DNA of 61,047 nucleotides, counting the filler, from Dugesia japonica (Eukaryota): assembly GCA_001938525.1 (NCBI GenBank). It is 5 parts of 5 records of this genome, joined end to end, with 100 filler letters (N's around TTAATTAATTAA, not from the genome) between each part and the next. Parts side by side here need not be neighbours in the genome. Positions count along the whole stretch, not along the records: positions 40,387 to 61,047 come from MQRL01648422.1; 4 more parts are not named here. One strand, given 5' to 3'. The notes beneath the pieces were generated by a model, which saw nothing but the letters and a program-made list of their open reading frames with translations, was not told where the DNA came from and made no database searches. Within the stretch, counting starts at the first letter, position 1; each line of letters starts with the position of its first letter. This document shows positions 60,130-61,047 of the stretch, in pieces. Made by a program: the position numbers and the translations under genes.

Positions 60130-61047
60130 TTCTGAAATTTTAAAAATTAAAATATATTGATGAAATATTTAAAAAATACACACATTTCAATTTTTCTATA
60201 AAATACTTTACTTATAAAATCTTAAATTAATTCAAAATATCACAATATTTTGCGTCATTCTTAAAATTATCAATTAGTTTAAACAAACAGTTTTCTATTT
60301 AATTTTAAAAATATCTATTTAAAAAGTTCTGAGTTCAAAGCTTGTAAGGAAAATATTCTAAAAATGTTTCATAAATGTGTCAGTGAAACTTCCATAGTAC
60401 CTTTCGATGAGATACAAGTAATTAAATACGATTCCTTAATATTAGCATTTACTTTTAACAATTGTAAATACTTTAAAACTTAATTAGCATTTTTAAATAT
60501 TTTTAATCCCATAAGCGAAATTTTTTACCGAGCTCAAATTCATAGGTAACTTCCACTTAGTCCGATTTACTTGTCATTGTTAAATTTACAAAGAAATATT
60601 GAAGTTAACATAAACGATGAGTTGGGAGTTTAAAAAGATTGAATTTTAATTTATAATTTATTTATATAATTTTTTGAAAAAATTAGATTTTTACTTTTGT
60701 TCCGTATTTCTTAGTCAGAATGTTTTATTTTTATGTATTTTAACCAAATTAGTGTAGTGTAAAAATTGTTATTGGAATAATTGTTGGACTAGAACGCCAG
60801 AGTCCAAATAATAAAAGAGTCGTGGATCCTAACAGAAAATAAATGAATGTAAAATACGAGAAGATAACGAAAAAAAAGATTGGAAAGAGTATAACGAGAA
60901 AACGAGTGCTAGACCATATTATTATCTATATTATTATGAATATTATTATCATCGGTATTATTATTATTATTGTCACAATTATTATTGTAGTTATTATTAC
61001 GAGACTTATATAAAAGAATTTGGCATGCAGGACCCATAAATTGAAAA

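Overview
Very AT-rich animal (metazoan) genomic DNA from a draft assembly, not prokaryotic. Four identical 100-bp linkers (44 N + TTAATTAATTAA + 44 N at 9433, 18123, 31877 and 40287) split the window into five probably unrelated segments. Host genes: an ALDH9A1-like exon, four exons of a K-Cl cotransporter (KCC, SLC12A4-7), five exons of UBE3A/E6AP, an intronless DHHC palmitoyltransferase whose motif reads NHHC, an apparently complete six-exon BEGAIN/TJAP1-like gene, and a small LIR-motif orphan. Introns are either tiny (39-66 nt) or expanded (0.7-8 kb, the largest full of TEs), which is reminiscent of a compacted parasite genome such as an orthonectid (inference only). TEs: a full-length Ty3/gypsy with 98-bp LTRs and a GTTAG TSD, several other gypsy remnants, two hAT transposase relics, a hAT MITE with an 8-bp TSD, a NeSL/R2-group retroelement with a Ulp1-like relic, a foldback family and Helitron-like 3' ends. 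The best candidate for an undescribed system is a dispersed family with AGTAGATAGATAGTGGC termini (5 copies in 3 segments). It is associated with a likely protein-primed PolB relic, tiny intronless TATA-driven orphan genes, and arrays of E2F/CDE-CHR, CCAAT, NR5A/ERR, AP-1 and YY1 motifs, consistent with a Polinton/Maverick-like endogenous virus wired to host cell-cycle transcription. A second oddity is truncated gypsy pieces flanked by 41-42-bp direct duplications. All homology calls are from motif recognition by eye; no searches were run.
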